A stretch of DNA of 64,000 nucleotides from a bacterium (GCA_030698385.1 JAUYLZ010000018.1:42744-106743); one strand, 5' to 3'. Shown: positions 28,020 to 37,375, counted from the first letter of the stretch. Made by a program: numbers and translations. The notes: generated by a model not told the origin, from the letters alone.

Positions 28020-28286
28020 AAAACATCCGTTGTTTTAACCATTGTTCTAATTTGTCTTTCGGTAAAAACGCAGGCTGAAAACTTAGCATGTAACATGGTT
28101 GTTAGCAGTAATGAATGCGTAGTTATTGGCGCAGAAACCGGCAATCAAGAATTTTTCACAGAAGTAATCCATGAAAAAATTGTTCATGACACCAGCGAAA
28201 GAAAAGAACCGCCAAAAAAAGCTGAGAAAAATGAAATGTTACTAATTTTAGCAACAATTCCAAAAATGCCGGAGATACCAAATTAA
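28017..28286 (+). CDS. small secreted protein, hypothetical
   Basis: 89 aa with signal-like MKTSVVLTIVLICLSVKTQA. Promoter TTGACA-17-TAGTAT lies upstream. Confidence 0.4.
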   Translation: MKTSVVLTIVLICLSVKTQAENLACNMVVSSNECVVIGAETGNQEFFTEVIHEKIVHDTSERKEPPKKAEKNEMLLILATIPKMPEIPN

Positions 28287-28313
28287 AAGTGGATAAAATT
28301 ATCCATAGGATAG

Positions 28314-28342
28314 TTGACACGGAAAAAAGATAGGTTTAGAAT
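28314..28342 (+). promoter_or_regulatory. sigma70-type promoter (TTGACA-17nt-TAGAAT)
   Basis: TTGACAcggaaaaaagataggttTAGAAT. Preceded by an inverted pair of DnaA-box-like 9-mers (AGTGGATAA / TTATCCATA). Confidence 0.5.
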
Positions 28343-28348
28343 AAGTAG

Positions 28349-28930
28349 CAGAATTAATAGTTTGATCTTTTTTAATTTGTATTCGGAGTAAAATCTTGAA
28401 GAAAGGGGGGTATGGGATCTTTATCAAATGTAGTACTGTATAAGTGCTAGGGATGAACGCTTTTTATGCGTTCAAATTTCTATTCACCTAACGAGGCCTA
28501 TAATGATAAGAAAAACCAAATTTCCTTAGTGGGTGGTCACCCGTACATTGCTTTTGCATAACATGATCTTTCATCTGTATTGGTGACAAAAATTTCTGAG
28601 AAGAAAACAAAAGGGGAAAACACCGACAAGCCACGGGGAGGCTGAAATATGTTCAGGCACACGAGAGCAGAAATGTAACGGTTGCCAAGTGGCAACCACC
28701 TCAACCATGTTTCAAAAATCCAGAGCAAGCCTTTTTTTTCAAATCTTTTTTTTCGAAGGAGAAATAACATGGACAGAGCAAGAGCTTCACCGAATACAGT
28801 AAATCATAATATTACCGAATCAAGTGGTTACAACAGCCAAATCACTCTCACAGAGGGAACTCGCTGAGAAAAAACCCACAGAGAGTGGTGTTTCACCCGG
28901 GGCAAACAATACGTTTGCCCCTTTTTCATT
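28349..28930 (+). ncRNA. candidate ~580-nt non-coding (or micro-ORF) transcript
   Basis: Bounded by the promoter above and the terminator GGGGCAAACaatacGTTTGCCCC+TTTTT (28899-28926). Only tiny ORFs are present; the best is a 32-aa ORF after AGGAG at 28769. Several local hairpins, e.g. GGTTGCCaagtGGCAACC. No known RNA family recognised. Confidence 0.3.
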
Positions 28931-28957
28931 TGATAAAAAAGATGGGTAAATGTAAAG

Positions 28958-29208
28958 CAGGCGGGCAAACGAAAAGAAGGCGGGCAAACGAAAAGAAGGC
29001 GGGCAAACGAAAAAAGAAGGCGGCCCAGCGCTTGGCCGCCTCCCGAGAAGAAAGAAGGCGGGCGTGGCCGCCTCCAGAGAAGAAAGAAGGCGGGCAAACG
29101 AAAAGAAGGCGGGCAAACGTTTGCCCGCCTTCTTGAATATTAAATTGCCCGCCTTCTTTCTTGAATATCGCATTGTCCGCCTTCTTGAATATCGCATTGT
29201 CCGCCTTC
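28958..29208. repeat. array of GAAGGCGGGCAAAC half-palindromes (forward block, perfect 28-nt palindrome, reverse block)
   Basis: Seven forward cores: five GGCGGGCAAAC at a 19-nt period and two variants forming GGCGGCC..GGCCGCC hairpins. The palindrome GAAGGCGGGCAAAC|GTTTGCCCGCCTTC is at 29105-29132. Three more TTG[C/T]CCGCCTTC follow at a 23-25 nt period. The 19-nt period rules out a coding repeat. Confidence 0.85.
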
Positions 29209-29225
29209 ATAATATTTGCCAAATA

Positions 29226-30176
29226 TTAAAATCTCTCAACCGGTAAAGGCTTTTCCATATTATTATTATAATCACCCACTGTTCGAGTAACGCAGTCGCG
29301 CCCGGCATCATGCAACCAGCGAGTATCAATATATCCGTACGGGCCGTAATCGTCGTTTAAGTTTGAACGCAAAAATTCGGTGCAAAGCTCATACTTTTTA
29401 TCTTCAATAATACTGTATTCAAACTCTTTTTTGGCAACATGATTTTGCAATGTGTCAGCCTGAATAAAATTATTACCGTCAATTAAAGCCGGTAACGACT
29501 CCGGCAACTTGCCTTCCGTGTTGTAGTACATCTGCGCCGCGTTTTCAATCTGGCTCATTTTGTCCACGACTTCAGCGTCCAGGCGCATGCTCCGCGCCAC
29601 GGCCGGCGATTCGACAAAAAAGAAGCTGGCGATAAATACAATGACAACTGCCGCCAATGATCCGTAACCAAACATTTTTATCACACCGTCTTTTTCGCCT
29701 TGCAACTTGTCTCTTTTAATATCATAAAGGTAATAGGAAAATATCGCGCCGGCGATAATTAAAATCGTCAGTCCTTTCAAAAAAGCCTTGAGCGTCAGTT
29801 CCCCGCCCAAATAGTTAAATATCACGTTAATTAAATCGCCGATGATAGTAACTGACGAAATCAGCAATACCAAGTAAGTCAGCCATTTGCGTACGCCGGC
29901 GTCTTTGTCTAAAATACCCGCAAACAAATTTTTATTGATTTGTTTCACGCTCAAAAAGTAAATCGGCGCGGCGACAATTATCGCGGCAATGGCAAAACGC
30001 AACGCCTCAGGATTATAACCGGTATAATCAGAGATATCAGCTACATTTTTATTAATTATCTGAAACAGCACGTTGCCGACGGCTACTGCCAAAAAGCCCA
30101 GCGCTACCAGCGACAGCAGGTAAAAAAAGGCGAACTTGGCGTTATGATTTTGATTGTTAGAGTTTGTTTGGTCCAT
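29226..30176 (-). CDS. multi-pass membrane protein, DUF5671-like N-terminus
   Basis: Start moved to MDQTNSNN, because the track start lies inside the palindromic repeat. FAFFYLLSLVALGFLAVAVGNVLFQIINK resembles the CPR-typical DUF5671 pattern, from memory. Confidence 0.5.
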   Translation of the reverse strand: MDQTNSNNQNHNAKFAFFYLLSLVALGFLAVAVGNVLFQIINKNVADISDYTGYNPEALRFAIAAIIVAAPIYFLSVKQINKNLFAGILDKDAGVRKWLTYLVLLISSVTIIGDLINVIFNYLGGELTLKAFLKGLTILIIAGAIFSYYLYDIKRDKLQGEKDGVIKMFGYGSLAAVVIVFIASFFFVESPAVARSMRLDAEVVDKMSQIENAAQMYYNTEGKLPESLPALIDGNNFIQADTLQNHVAKKEFEYSIIEDKKYELCTEFLRSNLNDDYGPYGYIDTRWLHDAGRDCVTRTVGDYNNNMEKPLPVERF

Positions 30177-30229
30177 ATAATAATTAGTATATATACTAAT
30201 TATAATAGTATAAATTAATAAAAATAGCA

Positions 30230-30270
30230 AAAAAATAATAAAGAAGGCGGGCAAACGTTTGCCCGCCTCC
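30230..30270 (-). terminator. aspS terminator built from the same palindrome
   Basis: Minus-sense AGGCGGGCAAACGTTTGCCCGCCT followed by TCTTTATTATTTTTTT. An extra half-site TTACCCGCCTTCTT lies at 30287-30300. Confidence 0.7.
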
Positions 30271-30318
30271 CCATATATCATATCGTATTACCCGCCTTCT
30301 TAATTGCTAATACTTTGT

Positions 30319-32088
30319 TTAATCAGTAATTTTTAGATGCAGTTCTTTGAGTTGCGCCGGCGTTACCTCGCCGGGTGAATTCAGCATCACATCCCTGCCC
30401 TGTCCGTCTTTGGGAAAAGCGTAAATATCGCGAATCGAATTCCAGTCGTTTAAAACCATCATCAGCCGGTCAATGCCGGGCGCGTTACCGCCATGCGGCG
30501 GCGCGCCGTAAGAAAACGCGCTGATCATATGGCCGAATTTGGCATCAACCTCTGCTTTGGAATAGCCGGCGATTTCAAACGCCTTGTACATAACGCGCGG
30601 ATCATGGTTGCGAATCGCGCCGCTGGTGAGTTCAAATCCGTTCAAAACCAAGTCATACTGATAGGCCAGAATTTCCAGCGGATCACTGGTGGTCAGCGCC
30701 TCCAAACCGCCCTGCGGCATGGAAAAAGGATTGTGGGCGAAATCAATCCTGCCCTCTTCAATTTCAGAGTAATCATACATGGGAAAATCAGTCACCCAGA
30801 GCCAGACGGCTTTTGTATTGTCTTTTAGCCCCAAGCGTCTGCCGCACTCATCGCGGACAGCGCCAAGGCTTTTACAGACTGTTTTCCAGCTGTCCGCGCC
30901 AAAAAATATGATATCCCCTTCCTTGGCTTCGGTGGCTTGGATGATAGCTCTGACTTCTTCAGGTTTTAAAAATTTTAACAGCGGCGACCGTGGTTCTTTA
31001 TCTACAATAATATAAGCCAATCCTTTGGCGTCGCGCGTTTTGGCGGCCTCGGTCAGCTCGTCAATATCTTTTCGGGAAAATTTGGCGCCGCCGTCAATTT
31101 TTAACGCGTGCACCACGCCGCCGTTTTTAATCGCGTCGGCAAAAACCGCAAAACCGCTGTCTTTGACGATTTCGGTAATCGGTTTAATCTCAAAATCAAA
31201 ACGTAAATCCGGCTTGTCCAAACCGTACTTGGTCATTGCCTCACGCCACGGAACGCGCAAAAACGGCGTCCGCATGATTTTTTTGCCGGAAAATTTCTTG
31301 GTCAGTTCAATCATCAGCGGCTCCATCATCGCAAAGATGTCTTCCTGCTCTACAAAACTCATCTCCATGTCCAACTGGTAAAACTCGCCATAGTGCCGGT
31401 CCATGCGCGGATCTTCATCGCGGAAGCACGGCGCGATTTGAAAATAGCGATCAACGCCGGCGACCATCAGCAGCTGTTTGAACTGCTGCGGCGCCTGCGG
31501 CAAGGCATAAAACTTCCCCGGGTAGAGGCGGGATGGCACCAGCCAGTCGCGTGCTCCCTCCGGCGATGAGTTGGCCAAAATCGGCGTCTGCACTTCCCGA
31601 AAATCGTTTTTGTGAAAGTACGCCCGGATGTGCTGGATGATTTCATCACGTATACGCAGCATCTCCTGCAGTTTTGGCCGTCGTAAATCTATGAAACGGT
31701 ATTTCAGGCGCAGATTCTCATTTGTATCAATTGCTTTTTCATCGTCAATTTCAAACGGCGGCGTCTTGGATTCGTTTAAAATAGTAAGCTTGTCAACTTC
31801 AACTTCTATTTCGCCGGTGGCTAATTTTTTGTTTATCATTTCCGCCGGCCTTGGCACAACCGTACCGGCCGCCTGTATTACCCACTCGCTGCGCAGCTTA
31901 TTTGCCTCCGTCCAGGCCTCTTTGTTTTTTTCCGGATCAAAAGTGATTTGCGTCAGGCCATAGCGGTCGCGCAGATCAATAAAAATGATGCCGCCATGGT
32001 CGCGGCGGCGATGCACCCAGCCGCAGAGCGTTACCTCTTTTTTTTCATCTTTTTTGGCGAGCTCACCGCAAGTATTGGTACGTAACAT
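30319..32088 (-). CDS. aspS: aspartate--tRNA ligase
   Basis: LCGWVHRRRDHGGIIFIDLRDRYG, FRDEDPRMDR and class II motifs. Start moved to MLRTNTCGEL, downstream of the T-box terminator. Confidence 0.9.
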   Translation of the reverse strand: MLRTNTCGELAKKDEKKEVTLCGWVHRRRDHGGIIFIDLRDRYGLTQITFDPEKNKEAWTEANKLRSEWVIQAAGTVVPRPAEMINKKLATGEIEVEVDKLTILNESKTPPFEIDDEKAIDTNENLRLKYRFIDLRRPKLQEMLRIRDEIIQHIRAYFHKNDFREVQTPILANSSPEGARDWLVPSRLYPGKFYALPQAPQQFKQLLMVAGVDRYFQIAPCFRDEDPRMDRHYGEFYQLDMEMSFVEQEDIFAMMEPLMIELTKKFSGKKIMRTPFLRVPWREAMTKYGLDKPDLRFDFEIKPITEIVKDSGFAVFADAIKNGGVVHALKIDGGAKFSRKDIDELTEAAKTRDAKGLAYIIVDKEPRSPLLKFLKPEEVRAIIQATEAKEGDIIFFGADSWKTVCKSLGAVRDECGRRLGLKDNTKAVWLWVTDFPMYDYSEIEEGRIDFAHNPFSMPQGGLEALTTSDPLEILAYQYDLVLNGFELTSGAIRNHDPRVMYKAFEIAGYSKAEVDAKFGHMISAFSYGAPPHGGNAPGIDRLMMVLNDWNSIRDIYAFPKDGQGRDVMLNSPGEVTPAQLKELHLKITD

Positions 32089-32104
32089 ATATTTTTTTTT
32101 AATA

Positions 32105-32324
32105 AGTAATAAAAAAAGTTCGTCTCTAGATATTAAAAAATTAATATCCAAGGACGAACTTTGTTCGCGGTACCACCTTAGTTTCCTTAAAAAAAATTAA
32201 GGACTCTCGTTTAAAAGCTATAACGGGCTCAACCCGGCAAGGTCTAATCTCTGTCTGTCTGACAAATTTCTTCTCGCACCTCCCTTAGTGTTAGCTAAGG
32301 TAAAAATGGTTTTTATTAAGTGTT
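32105..32324 (-). promoter_or_regulatory. T-box leader (Asp specifier) with terminator
   Basis: Promoter TTGACT-17-TATTAT (32331-32359). T-box sequence AAGGTGGTACCGCG (plus 32166-32177). Candidate specifier GAC-A in CAGACAGACAGAG. Terminator AGTTCGTC...GACGAACT plus U7 (32111-32160). Confidence 0.65.
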
Positions 32325-32399
32325 ATTAATATAATAGTGCCAATACCAAAATAAGTCAAGAAAAAACCAACGTCTGACAACGTTGGCTTGCGTAAAAAA

Positions 32400-33113
32400 C
32401 TAAATGGCCGCTTTCCATTGGCTAAAAGGTTCTAGCTGATACAAAAGATCAATCTCGCACCACTCCACCTCTTTTTTTGCGTTAAGACAAGCCAACAATG
32501 AAAAAATACTGCCGTAAACGGTGTTGGAGTTAAACGCGATTCTCATAACTAACGGATCGTCGTTTTGTTCAATGTCCGCCATGCTTACGTCATACTGGTC
32601 AAAAAACTCTTTCAGCGGCGCGATAGCGTTCGCTGTTTTTACTTTGAACGTAATGGTGTCAAGCGGCATGACATTATCGCTCAAGACGGGATTGATAACA
32701 ACTCTCGCATGATTTCTGAACGCTTTGAGCAGTTCATCGGGCGCTCGCAAAATATCTCTGGAAAAAACCACCAGTGTCTTGCCGTCGGTTTCACCAACTT
32801 CAATGCCGCTGTAGTCAGCTCCGGTTTTTAAAAAAGCGCGGATAACCGGCTCAATATGATTTTTATCCGAATTTTTTTGCGAAATAATCATCACTGACTT
32901 GCCTATCGGCCGCAGATAAACCGAGTCAGCGCCGACTTGATACGCAACGTTTTGCGGATTAAGAATCGCGCCGATGGTATTTAAAAGTTTCATCTCAGTA
33001 AACTGTTCTTTCATCAGCTCCGCGTCACGATTACTGGAACGAACAGACATAATAATGATAAAGATAACAATAGCGTTGAAAGCAAGCAACATACTGTCAT
33101 TTCTTTGGCGCAT
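32400..33113 (-). CDS. hypothetical membrane-anchored protein
   Basis: 237 aa with an N-terminal TM helix and no recognised domain. Confidence 0.35.
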   Translation of the reverse strand: MRQRNDSMLLAFNAIVIFIIIMSVRSSNRDAELMKEQFTEMKLLNTIGAILNPQNVAYQVGADSVYLRPIGKSVMIISQKNSDKNHIEPVIRAFLKTGADYSGIEVGETDGKTLVVFSRDILRAPDELLKAFRNHARVVINPVLSDNVMPLDTITFKVKTANAIAPLKEFFDQYDVSMADIEQNDDPLVMRIAFNSNTVYGSIFSLLACLNAKKEVEWCEIDLLYQLEPFSQWKAAI

Positions 33114-33180
33114 GATACTTTTCTCTCCTTTTTAAATTTTTAAAGAATTAGCAGTATAGTACCACTATTTATTAAAAAAA

Positions 33181-33891
33181 TCAATCAATATAATATTTTT
33201 TAAAATTATCCAAAATTCCTTTTGTTTCTTTGATCAAATTATTCTCCACAATAATTTTGGCGACTTCGGAAAAATCTTCACTTAATAAAAATCTAAGAAC
33301 TTTTATCGCGTTGGCAGATATTTTTTCACTTTCATTGCTTTTGCATTTAGCGCAGACAACACCGCCGCGTTCATAGCTAAATGTGTTGCCGCTCGGCTGC
33401 AATTTTACCTTGCATATCGCGCAAATATACAACTCGGGACGAAATCCCTGAATAGTGAGAAACTTCATCAAAAATGAAATTTTGAGGACAGCCAGATTAA
33501 ACCTGATGTTTTCCTGATTGATAATACTGAAAAAATTTTTTAATAAACTAAATATTTGACGCTCGTGGCTGTCGGTTTTGACAAAATCATTTACCAGCTT
33601 CATAAGCTCGCCGGCTAGAATTGATTTTTGATAATTATTTTTTATGCCAAAAAAAACCTCCTCATTGATAGCGCTGCCGATATAATCATACTGTTTGCCT
33701 TTGACAATCATTATTTCGCTCAAATTGCACGGCTCAATGTGAGCGGCGATTTTTGAAGTTATTTTTTGCGTGCCGCGCGCGATGAGCTCAAGCTTCCCAA
33801 AATCTTGCGAATAAACAAAAACGCGGGAATCATTTTCGTTACATGCTTCCCGCCTTAGAATTATGCCTTTGGTCTTTTGCGTTGCTTCCAT
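33181..33891 (-). CDS. recO: DNA repair protein RecO
   Basis: GIILRREACNENDSRVFVYSQDFGKLELIARG OB-fold start. Zn finger CAICKVK...CAKC. Confidence 0.8.
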   Translation of the reverse strand: MEATQKTKGIILRREACNENDSRVFVYSQDFGKLELIARGTQKITSKIAAHIEPCNLSEIMIVKGKQYDYIGSAINEEVFFGIKNNYQKSILAGELMKLVNDFVKTDSHERQIFSLLKNFFSIINQENIRFNLAVLKISFLMKFLTIQGFRPELYICAICKVKLQPSGNTFSYERGGVVCAKCKSNESEKISANAIKVLRFLLSEDFSEVAKIIVENNLIKETKGILDNFKKYYID

Positions 33892-33933
33892 ATTAGGTTG
33901 AATAACAAGTTCCGGCTTGGAGTTTTTATTTTT

Positions 33934-34323
33934 TTACAATCTATCTAAATAATTTTGTAAAATGCTCAGCGCCGCTATTTCATCCCGCCCGGCTTTGGTT
34001 TTTTTGTCGCCAATTAGCGAATCAGCGTACTTAGAAGACAGCCGCTCGTCTGCAAAAACGATCTCAATTCCTTTGATCCCCTTGGCGGCGGCCAGAGTGT
34101 GCTTAAACTTTTGAAAATCTTTCGGCAGGACGTTATCTTTATTTACAATTGAATAAGGCGTTCCGACTACCATTACATCAATAGATTCTTTTTTTGCAAT
34201 ATCTATAATATCATCAACTGAACTGACCGTGCCGCAGACAACCGCTGTCTTTGACTCATCATCGGCAATCGCCAGCCCGAAACGTTCGGTGCCATAATCA
34301 ATGCCCAAATATTTTTTTATCAT
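33934..34323 (-). CDS. ruvX: Holliday junction resolvase-like nuclease YqgF/RuvX
   Basis: LGIDYGTERFGLAIAD start, 129 aa. Confidence 0.85.
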   Translation of the reverse strand: MIKKYLGIDYGTERFGLAIADDESKTAVVCGTVSSVDDIIDIAKKESIDVMVVGTPYSIVNKDNVLPKDFQKFKHTLAAAKGIKGIEIVFADERLSSKYADSLIGDKKTKAGRDEIAALSILQNYLDRL

Positions 34324-34327
34324 TTTT

Positions 34328-35104
34328 TTAGTCTAAAGACGTTAAAACTTCATGGCCGCTCGCGGTCACCGCGATTGAATGCTCAAAATGCGCGGACAAT
34401 GATTTGTCTTTGGTAATATAAGTAATGCCGTCGTTGGCGATGGCTATCTCCCAGCCGCCAATTGTAAGCATTGGTTCAATAGCAATGACCAAACCAACTT
34501 CTAGCACATGTTCATCGAGTTTTTCACCGCTGTCATAATTCAAAACTTGCGGCGCTTCGTGCACCTCATGTCCGACGCCATGCCCAACGAGCTCGCGCAC
34601 GACATTAAAACCGTTTGCTTCCGCGTTTATCTGCACCGCGCGAGCAATATCGAGCAATGTCTTGCCCGGCTGGACTTGCTTGATGGCTAATTCCAGACAT
34701 TCTTTGGTAGTATTGATCAGTCTATAGCTGGTTTCATCTATCTCGCCGACCGCGACAGTTATCGCCGTGTCGGTAAAGAGTTTTTTGTACTTCATACCGA
34801 TGTCAAGACTGATAAGATCGCCGTTTTTTAAAAATCTCCCCGGCTCAGACGGCGCGTGCACAACTTCGTGATTGATAGAAGTACACAACGCGCAAGGATA
34901 AGGCTTTGCCCCTTTGTAATCCTTATAACCCTTAAAAGCAGGCACACCGCCTGCTTTTTTTATTAATTTTAAAGCTTGTTTTTCCAAGTCTTTTGTATTG
35001 ATACCGGGCTCAACCATATCCCCAAGCTGACGCAAAATTTCAGCTAAAATCAAGCCTCCTTCGCGTAATGCTTTTATCTCGTCTGGCGTTTTTAGTTTTA
35101 TCAT
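34328..35104 (-). CDS. map: type I methionine aminopeptidase
   Basis: 258 aa with metal-ligand context: DIGMKY.., GHGVGHEVHE and IAIEP. Confidence 0.9.
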   Translation of the reverse strand: MIKLKTPDEIKALREGGLILAEILRQLGDMVEPGINTKDLEKQALKLIKKAGGVPAFKGYKDYKGAKPYPCALCTSINHEVVHAPSEPGRFLKNGDLISLDIGMKYKKLFTDTAITVAVGEIDETSYRLINTTKECLELAIKQVQPGKTLLDIARAVQINAEANGFNVVRELVGHGVGHEVHEAPQVLNYDSGEKLDEHVLEVGLVIAIEPMLTIGGWEIAIANDGITYITKDKSLSAHFEHSIAVTASGHEVLTSLD

Positions 35105-35127
35105 ATTTTTATAAAAAAAATAATGCG

Positions 35128-35745
35128 TTATATTGCCTGCAATATGTCCGCGGCTACTTCATCAATTTTTTGCTCGCCATTAATTTTAATAGTTAAATCT
35201 TGATAATGTTTCAAAACCGCGTCTGCCTGCTGATGATAAATTTTGAGCCTTTTGATAATCGCTTCAGGCTGGTCATCTTCTCGTTGAAGCAGGCGGTGCT
35301 TAATTTCTTCAGCTGGTTTCGGCGCGGTATAAAGGTTGTAAATTTTTCCGGTTTCCGGATCTTGACGCCTATTTGCGAGCCTTTTTAAGGCTTCCTCATC
35401 AGCTATTTCCACATCTATAACTTTACTAACTTCTACATAATTGTCAAGCAGCCTGATCTGTTCCATTGTTCGCGGATACCCATCCAGAATAAAACCTCTC
35501 TTACAGTCATCTTTTTCAATTCGTTTGCGCAAAAGTTCAAAGGTCAGTTCGTCTGACACTAAATTTCCGTGCGCCATGACTTCTTTTACTTTTTTTCCCA
35601 GTTCAGAATTATTCGCTATTGCCTCGCGAAACAAATCGCCAGTTGAAATATGAGGCAAATTTAATTTTTCCGAGAGAATTTTCGCCTGCGTACCTTTACC
35701 CGATCCTTGCGGACCAAACATTATGATAATTTTTTTTTCGTTCAT
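35128..35745 (-). CDS. adk: adenylate kinase
   Basis: GPQGSGKGTQA P-loop and ILDGYPRT. Confidence 0.9.
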   Translation of the reverse strand: MNEKKIIIMFGPQGSGKGTQAKILSEKLNLPHISTGDLFREAIANNSELGKKVKEVMAHGNLVSDELTFELLRKRIEKDDCKRGFILDGYPRTMEQIRLLDNYVEVSKVIDVEIADEEALKRLANRRQDPETGKIYNLYTAPKPAEEIKHRLLQREDDQPEAIIKRLKIYHQQADAVLKHYQDLTIKINGEQKIDEVAADILQAI

Positions 35746-35776
35746 ATTGGTATCATTTTATTTAAAAAAAATAAAA

Positions 35777-36421
35777 TTACTTGCGCAAACCGCCTGATAA
35801 ACCTGATAATGAGTTTCGAAAGTTGCCCATGCCTCCCGGGGTGGTGCCGGCAAACTTGCCAGCCAATGGATCATTAATTGTGTTCCTGCCAATACTGACG
35901 GCTTTTTTACTTTTTAACGCTTCACCAGCGCCAAGACTTCTCTTTTGGTTAACATCAGCGATAGATATTGTTGAGTAGTTCTGGTCTGCCAAACGAGCTT
36001 CATTTGCCTCCAGTCTTTTGGTGACTTTTGGATCTTCGTTCGCGGTTCTCATTTTTTTCACAATTTCAATCGCGACCGCCGACTGGGATTGATGTTCCGG
36101 TCCGGCATAACCGCCATTATCCAGCGCTCTTTGAATAGCCGGTTTCACCAAAGGTTCATCACCTCCAATTAGTTTCATTATTTTTTTTCTTTTATCGATA
36201 TACTTGCCGCCGATATCATACTTTTCTTTCAATTCTTTTTCTACGCTTTCCGGCGTCCGTCCGCCAACAAATAGCTTCTCCACTCTTTTTCTTAATTCAT
36301 TCCCTTTTATCTCTTCTTCCCCCCATTTTACCTTGCCGATTTTTTGCAGCTGTCTATATGTATCTTTGCGCTGTTCAATAAACTTTCGCTGAAGGTCTTT
36401 TTGAAATATTTTTTTTGTCAT
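35777..36421 (-). CDS. hypothetical protein
   Basis: 214 aa, Lys/Glu-rich, no recognised domain. Confidence 0.35.
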   Translation of the reverse strand: MTKKIFQKDLQRKFIEQRKDTYRQLQKIGKVKWGEEEIKGNELRKRVEKLFVGGRTPESVEKELKEKYDIGGKYIDKRKKIMKLIGGDEPLVKPAIQRALDNGGYAGPEHQSQSAVAIEIVKKMRTANEDPKVTKRLEANEARLADQNYSTISIADVNQKRSLGAGEALKSKKAVSIGRNTINDPLAGKFAGTTPGGMGNFRNSLSGLSGGLRK

Positions 36422-36427
36422 AAAAAT

Positions 36428-37375
36428 TTAACCTCGATAAATTAAAAACGCTATATATGCTATATATAATATTATAAAAAAATAACCTTCACGGCGGCTA
36501 AGAACATATTTTTTACCGATGTAAATTGCCGCCAAAAGTATAACTGTAACCAATGCAACGGTAAAAATATCAAAATTCAGAGCTTGCGAAAACTCAATCG
36601 GCCGAATTATCGAACTAACCCCCAAGATCCAAAAAATATTAAACACGTTTGATCCAATCACATTGCCAATTGCCATGTCAGCATTGCCTTTGTAAGCGGC
36701 GACCGCCGAGGCGGCAAGCTCCGGCAACGAGGTACCAACAGCAATTATAGTCAGGCCGATTAATGCTTCGCTCAATCCCAGCTGGCTGGCTATAAAGACG
36801 CCGCCGTCAACAATCCATTTACCGCCCAGAATTAATCCTGCCAAACCGATAGCTATCATCACAACTGATGATGATGTCTTGTATGTTTGTATAGTAATGC
36901 CGCTATCGCTGTCATTACGGATGCCGGCCGCATAGTATATAAATATTGAAAAAAAGGCGATTAAAATAATTCCATCCGCGCGGCTTAAAAAGTTTTCAGT
37001 CGCGCCGTTGATAATCTGATCATTCACCAAAACACCCAGGACAACTACCGCCAGTAGCGACAACGGTATTTCTTTATTAATAGTGCTGGTTTTTACAACT
37101 AACGGATAAATCAAAGCGGCTGTGCCAAGAATAAATAAAATATTAGCAATATTACTTCCTAAAATATTACCAACCGCAATACCGGAGTTGCCATTAGCGC
37201 TGGCGATAATATTTACAAAAAGCTCCGGCGTTGAAGTGCCAAAAGCAACAATGGTCAAACCGATAAAAAGCGGCGACCAGCCGTATTTTTTAGCGATTGA
37301 AGAAGCGCCATCAACCAAGTAATCAGCCCCTTTTACCAAAAAAACAAACCCGGCTACAAACAAAATATAAACCAT
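36428..37375 (-). CDS. Ca2+/Na+ antiporter (CaCA/YrbG family)
   Basis: Duplicated alpha-repeat GTSTPELF / GTSLPELA. Confidence 0.8.
   Translation of the reverse strand: MVYILFVAGFVFLVKGADYLVDGASSIAKKYGWSPLFIGLTIVAFGTSTPELFVNIIASANGNSGIAVGNILGSNIANILFILGTAALIYPLVVKTSTINKEIPLSLLAVVVLGVLVNDQIINGATENFLSRADGIILIAFFSIFIYYAAGIRNDSDSGITIQTYKTSSSVVMIAIGLAGLILGGKWIVDGGVFIASQLGLSEALIGLTIIAVGTSLPELAASAVAAYKGNADMAIGNVIGSNVFNIFWILGVSSIIRPIEFSQALNFDIFTVALVTVILLAAIYIGKKYVLSRREGYFFIILYIAYIAFLIYRG

Noticed and set aside
28289-28312. Inverted pair of DnaA-box-like 9-mers (AGTGGATAA / TTATCCATA) as a replication origin. Similar single boxes occur near 37470 and 42590-42640.
   Set aside because: There are only two one-mismatch boxes, no dnaA or dnaN nearby, and such A+T-rich 9-mers are expected by chance here. 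This is insufficient for an oriC call.
28958-29208. Possible CRISPR array, because of regularly spaced short repeats.
   Set aside because: The period is only 19-24 nt, leaving no room for spacers. The orientation flips mid-array, and no cas genes are present in the window.
28820-29246. Track ORFs 28820..29197, 28828..29097, 28885..29136, 28926..29222 and 29064..29246, which encode Arg/Lys/Ala/Phe-rich repeats.
   Set aside because: They lie entirely in the half-palindrome array. The 19-nt period is not a multiple of 3, and ORFs appear in several frames on both strands. They are translation artefacts of the repeat.
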